A DNA stretch of 64,000 bases, taken from a virus. Positions 54,403 to 63,729 of the stretch are shown piece by piece. The notes beneath the pieces are model-generated. The model made no database searches. It was not told the origin of the DNA and was given only the letters and a program-made list of their open reading frames with translations. A program made the position numbers and the translations under genes. The DNA is taken from positions 16,882 through 80,881 of the IMG/VR virus record IMGVR_UViG_3300005529_000001; one strand, given 5' to 3'. Numbering within the stretch: the first letter of the stretch is position 1; each line of letters begins with the position of its first letter.

Positions 54403-54736
54403 AGGCTTTCACCCTGACGTGGATGCTGAAGGAGTTCTCGTACGCCGTCTGCCCGTAGTACGAGCCGAGCAGCAGCTCGATGACGGTGCCATCGGGGAGC
54501 GTCTTGGTCAGGTCGGCACCCCGCGACACGCGATCTCCCGTCGGGTCGGTGCCGACCGACGCGTGGCTGATGCTGAAGCCGTGGGCACGAGCATTGGCTG
54601 ACACCCGAGCGAGCACCCGCGCGCCCGCGTGACCGTGGCGTTTCTCCCAGTCAGCCGACGTGGCAGTGACCCGGGTGCCAGCGCCGCCCGGGAACTTGAT
54701 GTCCTTGAGTAGCTTCTTGAACTCTTTGGCGTCCAT
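54401..54736 (-). CDS. hypothetical protein
   Basis: 111 aa. Confidence 0.4.
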   Translation of the reverse strand: MDAKEFKKLLKDIKFPGGAGTRVTATSADWEKRHGHAGARVLARVSANARAHGFSISHASVGTDPTGDRVSRGADLTKTLPDGTVIELLLGSYYGQTAYENSFSIHVRVKA

Positions 54737-54774
54737 GTCAGCAATCCTATCTTGATCTGCGGGCGGTTTTGCAC

Positions 54775-54969
54775 TCAGGGCGTGCCGAAGTCGGAGACGG
54801 CCTTCTCCATCACCGCCTTCCTGATCTGGACCTCCTTCAACGCCTTCTCCAGTGCATCCTCGAGCATCTGGAGCTGGTACAGCCCATCGTGGAGTGACCC
54901 AGCGATCGGGGACATGGTGTTGTTGATCGCTTCCTCGACCTCAGCAGTGAAACTCGGTCCGGGCATCAC
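54775..54969 (-). CDS. hypothetical protein
   Basis: 64 aa. Confidence 0.35.
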   Translation of the reverse strand: MMPGPSFTAEVEEAINNTMSPIAGSLHDGLYQLQMLEDALEKALKEVQIRKAVMEKAVSDFGTP

Positions 54970-54987
54970 CTCACCTCCATGGTCATG

Positions 54988-55016
54988 TTATACCAGGATC
55001 TGCGCGATCCTTTCAC
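54988..55016 (-). promoter_or_regulatory. recurrent promoter-like motif
   Basis: gttataccaggatctgcgcgatcctttcac. Confidence 0.5.
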
Positions 55017-55318
55017 ACGTCGAGGCCGCAGTACTGCGTCACCAACACCTTGGTGCCGAAGACTTGGACCTTTGGCTCCTCCGAGAAGGAGCGACCTGGG
55101 CCACCGTAGTGACGGTCCCAGCCGGTGAGGACGTGTGCCAGGTCGTAGTCGTCGTCCTGTGCGCGGGGACCGATCGTGCGGAGCAGCTCCGCCTCGCACT
55201 CTGCCTTGTCCAGCACCACGTACTTGGTGCACGAGGCCTCGCTGGGGTCACGGAAGGAGATGCCGCTGCGGAGGACGGTGAAGCCGGTGTCGATGGTGAC
55301 GTGCTCGTTGGTTGCCAT
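55013..55318 (-). CDS. hypothetical protein
   Basis: 101 aa. Confidence 0.4.
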   Translation of the reverse strand: MATNEHVTIDTGFTVLRSGISFRDPSEASCTKYVVLDKAECEAELLRTIGPRAQDDDYDLAHVLTGWDRHYGGPGRSFSEEPKVQVFGTKVLVTQYCGLDV

Positions 55319-55326
55319 GAGACCAG

Positions 55327-55354
55327 TCTACACTGATCTGCGCTTGGCTTTCAC
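55327..55354 (-). promoter_or_regulatory. recurrent promoter-like motif
   Basis: gtctacactgatctgcgcttggctttcac. Confidence 0.5.
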
Positions 55355-56064
55355 CGGTCCGAGCAGATTTCACAAGGAATGGGCATTCCCGTGGTGTCGG
55401 TGGGACAGAAGCCACCCGTGTTGGGGACCGACGACCCCGTCACCGAAACAACCCCGTTGGTGCACTTGACATCGAAGTAGCTGGAACAAGCGCTGCCCAG
55501 TCCCAAGCAGATGTTGACATCGGAGCCGCTGGCAGCGAGACCCGTCGCGGTCGGGGTTGCGCTGCTGTAACGTTGGTAGTAGTCGATGCGGACCTCGCCC
55601 CCACAGGTGCCGTTGACGACGAACTTGCCCGGGACGGTGTCGCCGAACGCGATGTCCATGCCCGGGATGTCGAAGGTGTACGAGTAAGTGTTGGGACCCG
55701 CCGCAGCTTCGGGCGCGGCGTCCGCGGCAACCACGACGTCAGCAGTCACCACGTCAGGGTCAGACCCAGCGTCGGGGTCACTGGGAGCGTCGGTCCCAGC
55801 GTCGACAGTGGAACCTGCCTCGACGTCCTGCTTGGTGAGCTTGGGGCTGTCGGTGAGCCCCGCGTCGGGGACGACCGCTGAGGCTTCGGGGACGGGCGTC
55901 GCGTCGGGAACGGGCGGGTCACCTGCGTCATCTCCAGCGAACCCAGCTTCACCCATCGGCTGGGCGATCGGCTTGTTGAGGGGCGGGACGTTCTCAGGGC
56001 CCGAGAAAGCGCTGCCGCCGCAGGCGACGAGGAAGAGAGCCGTGATGGCGACTGTGTGTCTCAT
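55351..56064 (-). CDS. secreted lipoprotein, Asp/Ala/Pro-rich with Cys-rich C-terminal domain
   Basis: lipobox LVACGG; 237 aa. Confidence 0.45.
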   Translation of the reverse strand: MRHTVAITALFLVACGGSAFSGPENVPPLNKPIAQPMGEAGFAGDDAGDPPVPDATPVPEASAVVPDAGLTDSPKLTKQDVEAGSTVDAGTDAPSDPDAGSDPDVVTADVVVAADAAPEAAAGPNTYSYTFDIPGMDIAFGDTVPGKFVVNGTCGGEVRIDYYQRYSSATPTATGLAASGSDVNICLGLGSACSSYFDVKCTNGVVSVTGSSVPNTGGFCPTDTTGMPIPCEICSDR

Positions 56065-56187
56065 GTTACCAGTCTACCCCAACTCGGGTCGGACTTGCAC
56101 AAGTCCCTCGCGAGCGGCCCGCGCGCTCGCGCAAACGCAACAAGCCCGGAGCCTTGTGAGCCCCGAGCCGGTGCGGTTTGTTTTCGC

Positions 56188-56850
56188 TCAGCTCGCTGCA
56201 GCCGTCGCCGCAGCGGTGACCGGCTCGACGTCCGAGGTGAAGAGGTAGACGGGCTTCTTGGAGCCCTCGACCTCGACGTAGCAGCGGATGCGCTGCGCCT
56301 TGGACACGGTGCCGACCTGGCCGATGAAGCGGGAGTCGCCGCCGACGATGCGGACCTGCTGTCCCGCCTCGATGCGCTGGGTCAGGGCGCGCTCGGTCGC
56401 CTTGACGCGGTTGAAGTGCTGGAGGTGTGCGGACAGCTTCGCCACCTGGGCTGCGGTGTAGTTGGCCGTGATCTCGCTGAAGAGCAGCTCGAGGGCCTCG
56501 TTGCCGAGGGGTCCGAGCTTCTCCGCGGCCTTCGCGACCTTGCGCATGTGAGCCGGCTGCTTGGAGGCGTCCTTCGCCGCCTTCTTCGCCTGCCGCGCTG
56601 CGTCCCGCTCGGCCTTCCGTGCGGTGCGAGCAGCCTGCTTCTCGGTCTCCCGGGCGGCCTTCTGCTCGTCGGTGAGGCGGGGACGCTTGGGAGCCGAGGG
56701 CTCCTTCTCGGCCTTCGGAGCCTTCGCGGGCTTCTCGGTCGCCGTCGTTCCCGTCGATGCCGCCCGGCGGTTCTTCGCCTTGGCCAGCGCCTTGTCAAGC
56801 TCCGTGACCGCTTCGTCGGTCATCGGGGCAGTTCCCTTCTTCTCGCTCAT
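56188..56850 (-). CDS. Lys/Ala-rich (histone-H1-like) protein with C-terminal KOW-like segment
   Basis: start MSEKKGTAPMTD; AKxAKK repeats; RIVGGDSRFIGQVGTV... Confidence 0.4.
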   Translation of the reverse strand: MSEKKGTAPMTDEAVTELDKALAKAKNRRAASTGTTATEKPAKAPKAEKEPSAPKRPRLTDEQKAARETEKQAARTARKAERDAARQAKKAAKDASKQPAHMRKVAKAAEKLGPLGNEALELLFSEITANYTAAQVAKLSAHLQHFNRVKATERALTQRIEAGQQVRIVGGDSRFIGQVGTVSKAQRIRCYVEVEGSKKPVYLFTSDVEPVTAAATAAAS

Positions 56851-57071
56851 GATGTGATTCTCCTTTTCACCCCGGAGACACGGGAGCAGGAACAGCCCGG
56901 CTCGCGTATGCCCAGGGTGACATTGTCTCTTTGGCACATCACCGTGCCATCTGAGTTGACTTTACTATGACAGCCTGTGCTGTTTCACTTTGAGTGAGTC
57001 AGTTTTGCACCACAACCGTTTCATAGGCGAAAAGTGCAAGTTGTGTGATGTTATGGTACATCTCGTGACCA

Positions 57072-57466
57072 TGGAACCCAAGACAACCGCGAGTCACAAG
57101 CCCCCGAAAAGGCTTTCTCAGAGTCCACCCAACCCAGAAAGGTGGGAAACACCGATCGTCCTAAGGACCGCTCGCTCTCGGATGCGAGAGCTGGTCAACG
57201 AGAACAACGCTCATATCCAGAAGATGCTCGCTGACCTGCTCGTCGAGGCTGGCTGGACCGAGAAGGACTTCCTCGACGCCCTCGTCCGGGACGTGGCTGC
57301 AAACGGCCGCGACCGGTGGATGGTCCCGTCCCCCTCCCTCGCACCGGCCCTTCAGGGGCCACTGGAGGGTGAAAGGCAACCGACGAGGACCAAGTCTGGC
57401 ACGCAGCCCAAGGTTCAGCCCTCCCATGGCGGCTACCGCTACGTCAGGGGCAAGAAGGTAGGTTGA
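57072..57466 (+). CDS. hypothetical protein (plus strand)
   Basis: start MEPK inside ORF 56990..57466; start of a 3-gene plus-strand island. Confidence 0.3.
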
Positions 57467-57513
57467 GCTGGCTCTGGGTGCAAGTTCATACCCGAATTGG
57501 GTACCATGCAGCC

Positions 57514-57735
57514 ATGGGCCGACGAATCAGCGAAGCAACCCGGTACACCGTGTGCTACACCCTAGGCAAGGGAACGGAGCAACGCTTCGAGTGTACTGCC
57601 CGGGACCGAGGCGACGCCTTGGCCCAGCTCAAGCAACAACTGAAGGGACCGGATTGGAAAGGCGATCCGATCCCATCTCCCAACGTCTTACGCATCGTGC
57701 CCTGTTGGCTCGGCCGCGTAGGTCTGAAACCGTAG
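57514..57735 (+). CDS. hypothetical protein (plus strand)
   Basis: start MGRRISEATRY. Confidence 0.3.
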   Translation: MGRRISEATRYTVCYTLGKGTEQRFECTARDRGDALAQLKQQLKGPDWKGDPIPSPNVLRIVPCWLGRVGLKP

Positions 57736-57756
57736 CTCAGAAAGGACAAACGCAAC

Positions 57757-58041
57757 ATGATGCGTGCACAGGGCGCTCCGCGCAAGGTCTACACCCGCAA
57801 CGGTGTCACCCACGTCTGCTTCCAGGGCATCTACTTCAGGGCCCCGAAAGCGAGCAGGATCGACCCCGAGCGCGAGGTCTCGAAGATCGAGGTCCTTGAC
57901 AAGAGCGGGGGCAAGCACCGGGTCGGTGTCACCCAGCGTGTCGCGGGCAAGAACGTCACCGAGACGTGGCACGAGGGCTCTGTCCCGGTGCAGGGTCGCC
58001 GCAAGAAGCAAGGCAAGCGCCAGGCTTCCATTTCAGCCTAG
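57757..58041 (+). CDS. hypothetical protein, paralog of 59956..60201
   Basis: APRKVYTRNGVTHVCFQGIYF...VTQRVAGKNVTETWHEG aligns with APRRVYSRNNVLHVLFAGEHF...VTQRKPGKAGVSETWGK. Confidence 0.45.
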   Translation: MMRAQGAPRKVYTRNGVTHVCFQGIYFRAPKASRIDPEREVSKIEVLDKSGGKHRVGVTQRVAGKNVTETWHEGSVPVQGRRKKQGKRQASISA

Positions 58042-58045
58042 TGGC

Positions 58046-58186
58046 TCTTCACTTGATGAAGAGGCTGAGGACGAAGGAGACTCCCGACGAGATGGCGAGG
58101 CCGAGTGCTGCGCCGTGCGCGTCGTTGACGCAGAAGCCGATCGCAGTGCTAGTGACCCAGAGGTTGATCGCGGTGGGATTCATCAT
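58046..58186 (-). CDS. tiny membrane peptide (46 aa)
   Basis: manual translation MMNPTAINLWVTSTAIGFCVND... Confidence 0.25.
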
Positions 58187-58254
58187 GATCCTACCCTACC
58201 ACGACGTGAGGATACGATTCACTATCCTCCACGTCGTGGCGATCGTCCGCTCGA

Positions 58255-58590
58255 TCAAATCGACCTGAACAAGACCTGGCAGTTCAGCTTCGCACAGAAG
58301 CCGGTCCTGAGGCCCTTCGGCTTCCGGTGCCAGCCTGCCCACTGTCCGCGACAGGAAGTGACGACCAGGGTCAGCTGGGGGACGCCATCCGGCCATCCCT
58401 TCCACGGGCCGACCATGATGGGCTCGCCCCCGTCGTCACACCAACGACCCGCGGCTGCGTTCGCATCGTGGATCGCCTTGACATCCTCCGCCGTCCGACG
58501 GATCCAGACGTCGTGCTTGTTGCGCAGGAGGACGACTGTCTCACCACGCTTGACGTGTCGGTTGTAGACCCCGTTGGATTCCTTGCTCAT
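58255..58590 (-). CDS. hypothetical protein
   Basis: start MSKESNG. Confidence 0.4.
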   Translation of the reverse strand: MSKESNGVYNRHVKRGETVVLLRNKHDVWIRRTAEDVKAIHDANAAAGRWCDDGGEPIMVGPWKGWPDGVPQLTLVVTSCRGQWAGWHRKPKGLRTGFCAKLNCQVLFRSI

Positions 58591-58683
58591 GAGTCGTATC
58601 ATACTCCTGTTCTGCAGCGACTTGCACTGGAAACGCGAATGGGCCGGATGTGAAATCCGACCCACCGCGGGTCTACAGCCTTA

Positions 58684-58854
58684 GACCGAGAAGCGTCCCA
58701 TCCGGATGGCCCGGCGAGGCCAGGCGAAAGCGTGGCGGAGCGGGCGCCAGGCGATGCAGACGGAGATGACCACGTAGGCCATGAACTCCAGGGCAACCCA
58801 GGCGAGGATGCAGGTGATGACGGGGTGGGTGGACCAGGTGGTGTTGAGCATGAT
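58684..58854 (-). CDS. tiny membrane peptide (56 aa)
   Basis: manual translation MLNTTWSTHPVITCILAWVALEFMAYVVISVCIAW... Confidence 0.25.
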
Positions 58855-58859
58855 CAGAC

Positions 58860-58887
58860 TCTACCAGGAATGTCCCCGATCTTTCAC
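58860..58887 (-). promoter_or_regulatory. recurrent promoter-like motif
   Basis: tctaccaggaatgtccccgatctttcac. Confidence 0.45.
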
Positions 58888-59388
58888 TCAGTCGGAAGAG
58901 TCGACCCGGCTCTCGCACCGGTAGACGTAGTAAGGCGTCTCGATCGGCTCGTAAGGCAAGCCGCTGTACGGGTTGATCGCCGCACCGGGGATGGGCTCCT
59001 GGGTGAAGCGATTGAACATCTGACACTCGATCTTGTCGAGCCCAGATGGCTTGGTGTCCGTTGTTTTGGGTCCCGGTTTCCCGTAGTCAGCAAACTCCTC
59101 GGGGACCGGCGTCTCCATCCCGTTGATGACCTGGCAGGCCTTGAACTCTTGGCCATAGCCGAGGTATCCGATGTCGCGGAGCAACCACAGCTGCTTCAGC
59201 GACAGGGGCTTGAGCGAAGCCACCTCATAGTACGAGGCGTTATAGCAGTTGCCCAGCTGCCTGCCACCCTTGTTGACGATAGACAGCGCCGGACGCGGGT
59301 TGAGGTAGAGAAAGTCCACATCGTTCCGCGGGCGGGGTCGAGCGATCGGGTTGGTGTTGGTTGAGGGGAAGTTTGGTCGTCTTGCCAT
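58888..59388 (-). CDS. hypothetical protein
   Basis: 166 aa. Confidence 0.4.
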   Translation of the reverse strand: MARRPNFPSTNTNPIARPRPRNDVDFLYLNPRPALSIVNKGGRQLGNCYNASYYEVASLKPLSLKQLWLLRDIGYLGYGQEFKACQVINGMETPVPEEFADYGKPGPKTTDTKPSGLDKIECQMFNRFTQEPIPGAAINPYSGLPYEPIETPYYVYRCESRVDSSD

Positions 59389-59426
59389 GACACTAACCTA
59401 CCATTGATCTGCAGCGACTTGCATCG

Positions 59427-59600
59427 TCAGTTGAGGTCTTCGGGGCGCGGGGCGGGAGCGTTGGGCTTGTTGAAGATCCGTTCCCAGCCGTCGTTGTAGG
59501 CTTGGGTCGAGGTCCGGGACCGAATGCCGTTGGACCCCTGCTCGTCCTTCGAGGTCACCGTCTCGATGACCGCCACGACCACGATGGTATCGTCTTTCAT
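59427..59600 (-). CDS. hypothetical small protein
   Basis: start MKDDTIVVVAV. Confidence 0.3.
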   Translation of the reverse strand: MKDDTIVVVAVIETVTSKDEQGSNGIRSRTSTQAYNDGWERIFNKPNAPAPRPEDLN

Positions 59601-59601
59601 C

Positions 59602-59856
59602 TCATCCTCCGAATTGGTTGAGGGGCACCCGGAACGTCCGGTCGTCGACCTGTGAGAAGAACTTGTTGTCGTTGAGCAACGCAAACGAGAATAGCGAGCT
59701 CAGCGTGTCGCTGTCCGTCTCCTCAGAGGAGCGGAACCTGACGAACACCGTCCCATCCCGCTTGGTGTCCGACAGCTCGTAGCACGAGCTCATCGTGACG
59801 TGGGTGCGGATGTACGCCTGCAGGTTCCGGGTCAGCTTGCGAGAGTTGGCGACCAT
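59602..59856 (-). CDS. hypothetical protein
   Basis: 84 aa. Confidence 0.35.
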   Translation of the reverse strand: MVANSRKLTRNLQAYIRTHVTMSSCYELSDTKRDGTVFVRFRSSEETDSDTLSSLFSFALLNDNKFFSQVDDRTFRVPLNQFGG

Positions 59857-59955
59857 GATGGTAGTCTATCCAAAGTCACCGCGATCTTTCACTGAAACGA
59901 ACATGGTCCCAGCCTTTGACGACTGGGACCATGGTGACGCCATCGGCGTGCAGGT

Positions 59956-60201
59956 TCAGGCCCGAGCGTTGCAGGGCACCTTGACCTTGCCCCAGGTCTC
60001 GGAGACACCGGCCTTGCCCGGCTTGCGCTGGGTGACGGTGATGGTGCCGTCGCCGTTGCCGACGATCTTGACGAGGTTCGTCTCGCTGGCGATGATCTTG
60101 CTGTCGGCCTTGGTGCCGAAGTGCTCGCCGGCGAAGAGGACATGGAGGACGTTGTTGCGGCTGTAGACGCGGCGGGGGGCGTTGGCGGACTTCATCGACA
60201 T
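59956..60201 (-). CDS. hypothetical protein, paralog of 57757..58041
   Basis: start MSMKSANAPRRVY. Confidence 0.45.
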   Translation of the reverse strand: MSMKSANAPRRVYSRNNVLHVLFAGEHFGTKADSKIIASETNLVKIVGNGDGTITVTQRKPGKAGVSETWGKVKVPCNARA

Positions 60202-60284
60202 GGCTTCTTCTCCGTTTTCGTTTTGTTGGGGTTGGTTGGGGTGACTTGACTGTTGTACCACTGAACTACGCAGTATTGCACAGT

Positions 60285-60623
60285 TCAGTCGTTGTAGATG
60301 ATGATGGTGCAGCCGGGTTCGCAGTTGGGATCTGCCTGCTCGAAGCGCCATGAAGAGATTTCATGGTCATCGGTGGTCGAGACCTGTGACAGGGTAAACA
60401 GGCGACGTTCGCCCGTCCGGCCAGCGACGATGAAGCCGACGTCAGCAGCGTCTTTCCAGATGCGAGTGTTCAGCATGCTGGACAGCAAGCCGTTGTGCTG
60501 GTTGAACTGGCTGGCTTCGGCGGTGCCGTAGTACCAGTACCAAGTGCCAGCCTTCGCTCGTCGCTCCCACTGGAAGAAGTGGGTGCTGAGGACCGAGAGG
60601 TTGTCAGTGTCGGGTGCTCTCAT
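60285..60623 (-). CDS. hypothetical protein
   Basis: 112 aa. Confidence 0.4.
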   Translation of the reverse strand: MRAPDTDNLSVLSTHFFQWERRAKAGTWYWYYGTAEASQFNQHNGLLSSMLNTRIWKDAADVGFIVAGRTGERRLFTLSQVSTTDDHEISSWRFEQADPNCEPGCTIIIYND

Positions 60624-60663
60624 GATCTGCAGTCTACCTTGATCTGAGGGGATGTTGCACAGT

Positions 60664-61011
60664 TCACCAGCGGTGGGTGCGTGCCTTCAGCTGGCTGACG
60701 AACCTGAGGGACACATCAAAGGACACGTAGTCCCTTCCCTGCATTCCCTGCTCGGTGTAGTCGACGTGCCCCTTCAGGCCCGCGGCCTTGAGAGCTGCCC
60801 TGAGCTCCCGGAGGAAGCGCGGGTCGGAGTAGATGAGCCCGTGCTTGGCGATGTCCCACGTGCCCTTGGTGAAGTAGACGCGGAGCTCAGCGCACTTGAT
60901 GTCGGGCTGGTAGTACTCGTTCCTGCAGCTGATCCGGGTGACGCGGACCTCGCGGGCTTCGCGTGACCAAAAGCCCTTGCCATTGGTGTGAAGGGTGACT
61001 CCGAACCTCAT
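60664..61011 (-). CDS. hypothetical protein
   Basis: start MRFGVTLH. Confidence 0.4.
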   Translation of the reverse strand: MRFGVTLHTNGKGFWSREAREVRVTRISCRNEYYQPDIKCAELRVYFTKGTWDIAKHGLIYSDPRFLRELRAALKAAGLKGHVDYTEQGMQGRDYVSFDVSLRFVSQLKARTHRW

Positions 61012-61013
61012 GT

Positions 61014-61160
61014 CAGTATTCCTCCCTCTTCCAGCTCTTGCGAGCGTCCTTGGCGCGCCGGTCTCGCCGGTCACGCATCACCTGCTTCCGCTCCTGGAAC
61101 GCGCCGAGCGGGTTGCGCTTCTGCTCCTTCGGGAGCTCGATGGTGAAGATCGTTGCCATG
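61014..61160 (-). CDS. small basic protein (49 aa)
   Basis: manual translation MATIFTIELPKEQKRNPLGAFQERKQVMRDRRDRRAKDARKSWKREEY. Confidence 0.25.
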
Positions 61161-61166
61161 GTCCTA

Positions 61167-61194
61167 ATCTACCACGACCAACGTGATCTTTCAC
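61167..61194 (-). promoter_or_regulatory. recurrent promoter-like motif
   Basis: atctaccacgaccaacgtgatctttcac. Confidence 0.45.
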
Positions 61195-61424
61195 TGCCAC
61201 CGGCGCAATGACGGGACCCACTCGTAGCTGAAGACAGTGCAATCCAGGTCCTCGATCGTCAGCTTGCCGTTACGGCTGGTGACGCAACAGGCGTTGAGAA
61301 TGGCGTCACGCCGCGACCCGGTGAACTTCACCTCTTTCTTGAGGTACCGTGCGACCGCCTTGTGCTCGAACAGGCGATCGACCTGCTCATCCGTCAGCTC
61401 TGTGACGTCATGTGACATGTTCAT
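61191..61424 (-). CDS. hypothetical protein
   Basis: 77 aa. Confidence 0.35.
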   Translation of the reverse strand: MNMSHDVTELTDEQVDRLFEHKAVARYLKKEVKFTGSRRDAILNACCVTSRNGKLTIEDLDCTVFSYEWVPSLRRWQ

Positions 61425-61455
61425 GGTAGCATCCTACCACAGTCACCATGATCTT

Positions 61456-61851
61456 TCACTGTGTCTCGCGAGCCCAAGCGAGAGCACCAGCGCACAGCTT
61501 GTTGCTGAGGCCGGTGGTGTTGGGGTACCAACGGAAGTTCTTGGTGGGCTTTCCGTACCGCTGGAAGAGGAACTTACTGTTGGCAATGGCGCTCTTGACA
61601 AGGGCCATCACGTCCTTGGCAGTGGGCTGCTGGCCAGTCGAGCGATCGAACTCAGCGCGGGGCTCGTAGGAATCGGAGCGTCCGGAGTCCATGCCTCCCA
61701 CTGCGCCGGTGGTGAAGACGCGGACCCGCACCGTGTCGTTGTTCGGGTCCCACTCCACCTTGAGGGAGTCGTTGTACCGGAAGTCTCCGGTGATGTGGGC
61801 GCTGAGAGAACCGATGACGACGGGCGACTTCTTAGCGGGGGTGGTGTCCAT
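61456..61851 (-). CDS. hypothetical protein
   Basis: start MDTTPAKKSP; rest of 329 aa ORF upstream is Arg/Gly/Pro-rich and rejected. Confidence 0.4.
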   Translation of the reverse strand: MDTTPAKKSPVVIGSLSAHITGDFRYNDSLKVEWDPNNDTVRVRVFTTGAVGGMDSGRSDSYEPRAEFDRSTGQQPTAKDVMALVKSAIANSKFLFQRYGKPTKNFRWYPNTTGLSNKLCAGALAWARETQ

Positions 61852-61907
61852 GTCTCGAATGTACCACGGTCCCCGATGATCTTTCACCGGGGACCGTGTG
61901 ATGATCT

Positions 61908-62555
61908 TTACTTCAGGAAGATGTGGTTCTCCGAGATGAGTCGGTTGTACACCTCCAGACGGGACTCCTTGTACTGGTCGTCGAGTCTCGAGATCCTCCC
62001 GTAGTGGAGGAGACAATGACACTCCGACTTCGGAACACCCATCCCGACGAGGACCTCGGTCTGGGTCTTCTCCCACTCCTTCTCCTCGTTCATCATCCGG
62101 AGGACGATCTTCCAGTTCGGGTCGTCGGTGTCCTTGTAGTCGGGGTGACGATCGAAGAGACCCTTGGACATCTCGTCGAACATCTTCTCGAGGGTCGACC
62201 GGAGGGTCCCCAACTTGACGGGGTCGGTCTTCTTGTTCTGGGCGAGGTAGAGGACACCCGTCCAGTCCTTGATCTCCTCGTTGACGACACGAGGAGAATC
62301 TTCCTCCCCACACTCCCGGAGATGGGTCATCGAGTTGAGGACGCTCTCGGCGACCTCGGGGGTGACGTTGAAGATCTTCACCACCTGGTCCTTGACGACC
62401 TGACGGTTCTTCTCTTCGTCCTTCTTGTCCAGGTACGACCCCCACTCTGGGAGTTCGTATTCCACACTCCGGACTGTGACTTCGTCATCGTGTCGGTACG
62501 CTTCGTACACTGTCCAGACGATGTCTTTGACGGCCGAGCGGGTGAGACGCTTCAT
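61908..62555 (-). CDS. hypothetical protein
   Basis: 215 aa, coding-like, Lys/Glu/Asp-rich. Confidence 0.45.
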   Translation of the reverse strand: MKRLTRSAVKDIVWTVYEAYRHDDEVTVRSVEYELPEWGSYLDKKDEEKNRQVVKDQVVKIFNVTPEVAESVLNSMTHLRECGEEDSPRVVNEEIKDWTGVLYLAQNKKTDPVKLGTLRSTLEKMFDEMSKGLFDRHPDYKDTDDPNWKIVLRMMNEEKEWEKTQTEVLVGMGVPKSECHCLLHYGRISRLDDQYKESRLEVYNRLISENHIFLK

Positions 62556-62574
62556 GTGTCCTCCAGTCAGACCA

Positions 62575-62602
62575 GTCTACCACGACTGGCGTGATCTTTC
62601 AC
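62575..62602 (-). promoter_or_regulatory. recurrent promoter-like motif
   Basis: gtctaccacgactggcgtgatctttcac. Confidence 0.45.
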
Positions 62603-62913
62603 CGTCTCTCGACGACTTCCAGCGTCAGCATGCGACCGAGCTGCGGATTGAAGGCGCGGAACGCGCCGCGCTTGCCGTCGCTGTCTCGCTCCTCGACCCA
62701 CAGGGTGAGGACGGGCTCCTTCCACTTCTGGGTGAAGTAGATGCCCCTGAACTTTCCGGTGAAGTGGCGAGGGTTGATACCCTCGCTCACCGAACGAGCG
62801 GCTTCCTGCCGTGCCTGTGGGCCGGGACGCCTGCCCGCGAGGTAGGAGACGAAGACGGTGGAGTTGAGTGGGACGTCCTTCAACGCTGCGACCATCTGCT
62901 TGCCGTTGACCAT
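62599..62913 (-). CDS. hypothetical protein
   Basis: 104 aa. Confidence 0.4.
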   Translation of the reverse strand: MVNGKQMVAALKDVPLNSTVFVSYLAGRRPGPQARQEAARSVSEGINPRHFTGKFRGIYFTQKWKEPVLTLWVEERDSDGKRGAFRAFNPQLGRMLTLEVVERR

Positions 62914-62960
62914 AGAAGCAGTGTACCACAGATCAGTAGTGAGTTACACTTAAACGCCGA

Positions 62961-62978
62961 CGGGGACCGAAGTCCCCG
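62961..62978 (-). terminator. perfect GC hairpin (possible intrinsic terminator or RNA stability element) downstream of 63172..63672
   Basis: CGGGGAC-CGAA-GTCCCCG inverted repeat; on the transcribed strand followed by GCGTTTAAG. Confidence 0.3.
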
Positions 62979-63171
62979 CAGCGTACAGTTTGGGTATTCC
63001 CGACTAGGTCTGCGCGCTCCGCGCTGCCCGTTCCGTGTAGCCTCCGTCAAAGGATCGCATCGATGATCTTTCTCGTTGTGGGTGTCTCTACTCTCAGGTG
63101 GGTCGAGTTCCTCGTCAACGCTGGTGATGCAAGTCCTAGACCATGGTGACCTCCGTGTTGCGTTCCACACC

Positions 63172-63672
63172 CTACATGGTGAACATGACCGCGTGGGCTC
63201 CCGGCTTCCCGGGATCGACCTTCAGCAAGCGCTTGCACGCCTTGCCGATGCGTTCGATGTCACTCGCGTGCTTGGTGATGTCCTTGAGCGAGGCGAACTC
63301 GTCCTTGGTCGAGACCTTCAGCGACTCGAGGCAGACGTAGATGCCGCAGCCGTTGTAGAAGTCACCGATCACCTGGACGGAGCAATCCAGCGCCTCCTGG
63401 AGCGCCTCGATGATCCAGTCCTCGGGGCACCAGTTCTCGGGGTCGAAGCCGTCAGCGCACGGTCCCTCGTACGTCTTGCCGCAGATGACGACGTCGTATG
63501 ACTCCTCTTCGTCGATCACCACCTCGGGGATCTCGAACTTCTTGCCGGTCTTGGGGTCGAACCTGTCTTCCTTGTGCGACTTCTGCGGGTGACGCTGCAA
63601 CAGCTTCTGGAAGAAGCTCTGTAGCGGGATGACATAACCGATGACGAGTTCTGCGCTGCGGTCGACGCTCAT
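63172..63672 (-). CDS. hypothetical acidic Cys-containing protein
   Basis: 166 aa. Confidence 0.4.
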   Translation of the reverse strand: MSVDRSAELVIGYVIPLQSFFQKLLQRHPQKSHKEDRFDPKTGKKFEIPEVVIDEEESYDVVICGKTYEGPCADGFDPENWCPEDWIIEALQEALDCSVQVIGDFYNGCGIYVCLESLKVSTKDEFASLKDITKHASDIERIGKACKRLLKVDPGKPGAHAVMFTM

Positions 63673-63696
63673 GGTTTCTCTCCGGTGTAGACTGAA

Positions 63697-63724
63697 TCTA
63701 CCACGATCACCCGTGAGTTTTCAC
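63697..63724 (-). promoter_or_regulatory. recurrent promoter-like motif
   Basis: atctaccacgatcacccgtgagttttcac. Confidence 0.45.
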
Positions 63725-63729
63725 TCCCG

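Noticed and set aside
55688-56248. Plus-strand Ser/Ala/Thr-rich 186-aa ORF
   Set aside because: Antisense to the lipoprotein gene 55351..56064, with low-complexity shadow composition.
56056-56970. Plus-strand 304-aa ORF
   Set aside because: Leu/Arg/Gly-rich antisense shadow of the Lys/Ala-rich gene 56188..56850.
61456-62445. 329-aa minus-strand ORF
   Set aside because: Only the last about 132 codons (from MDTTPAKK) look coding. The upstream portion is Arg/Gly/Pro-rich, typical of an out-of-frame read through the high-GC gene 61908..62555 on the same strand.
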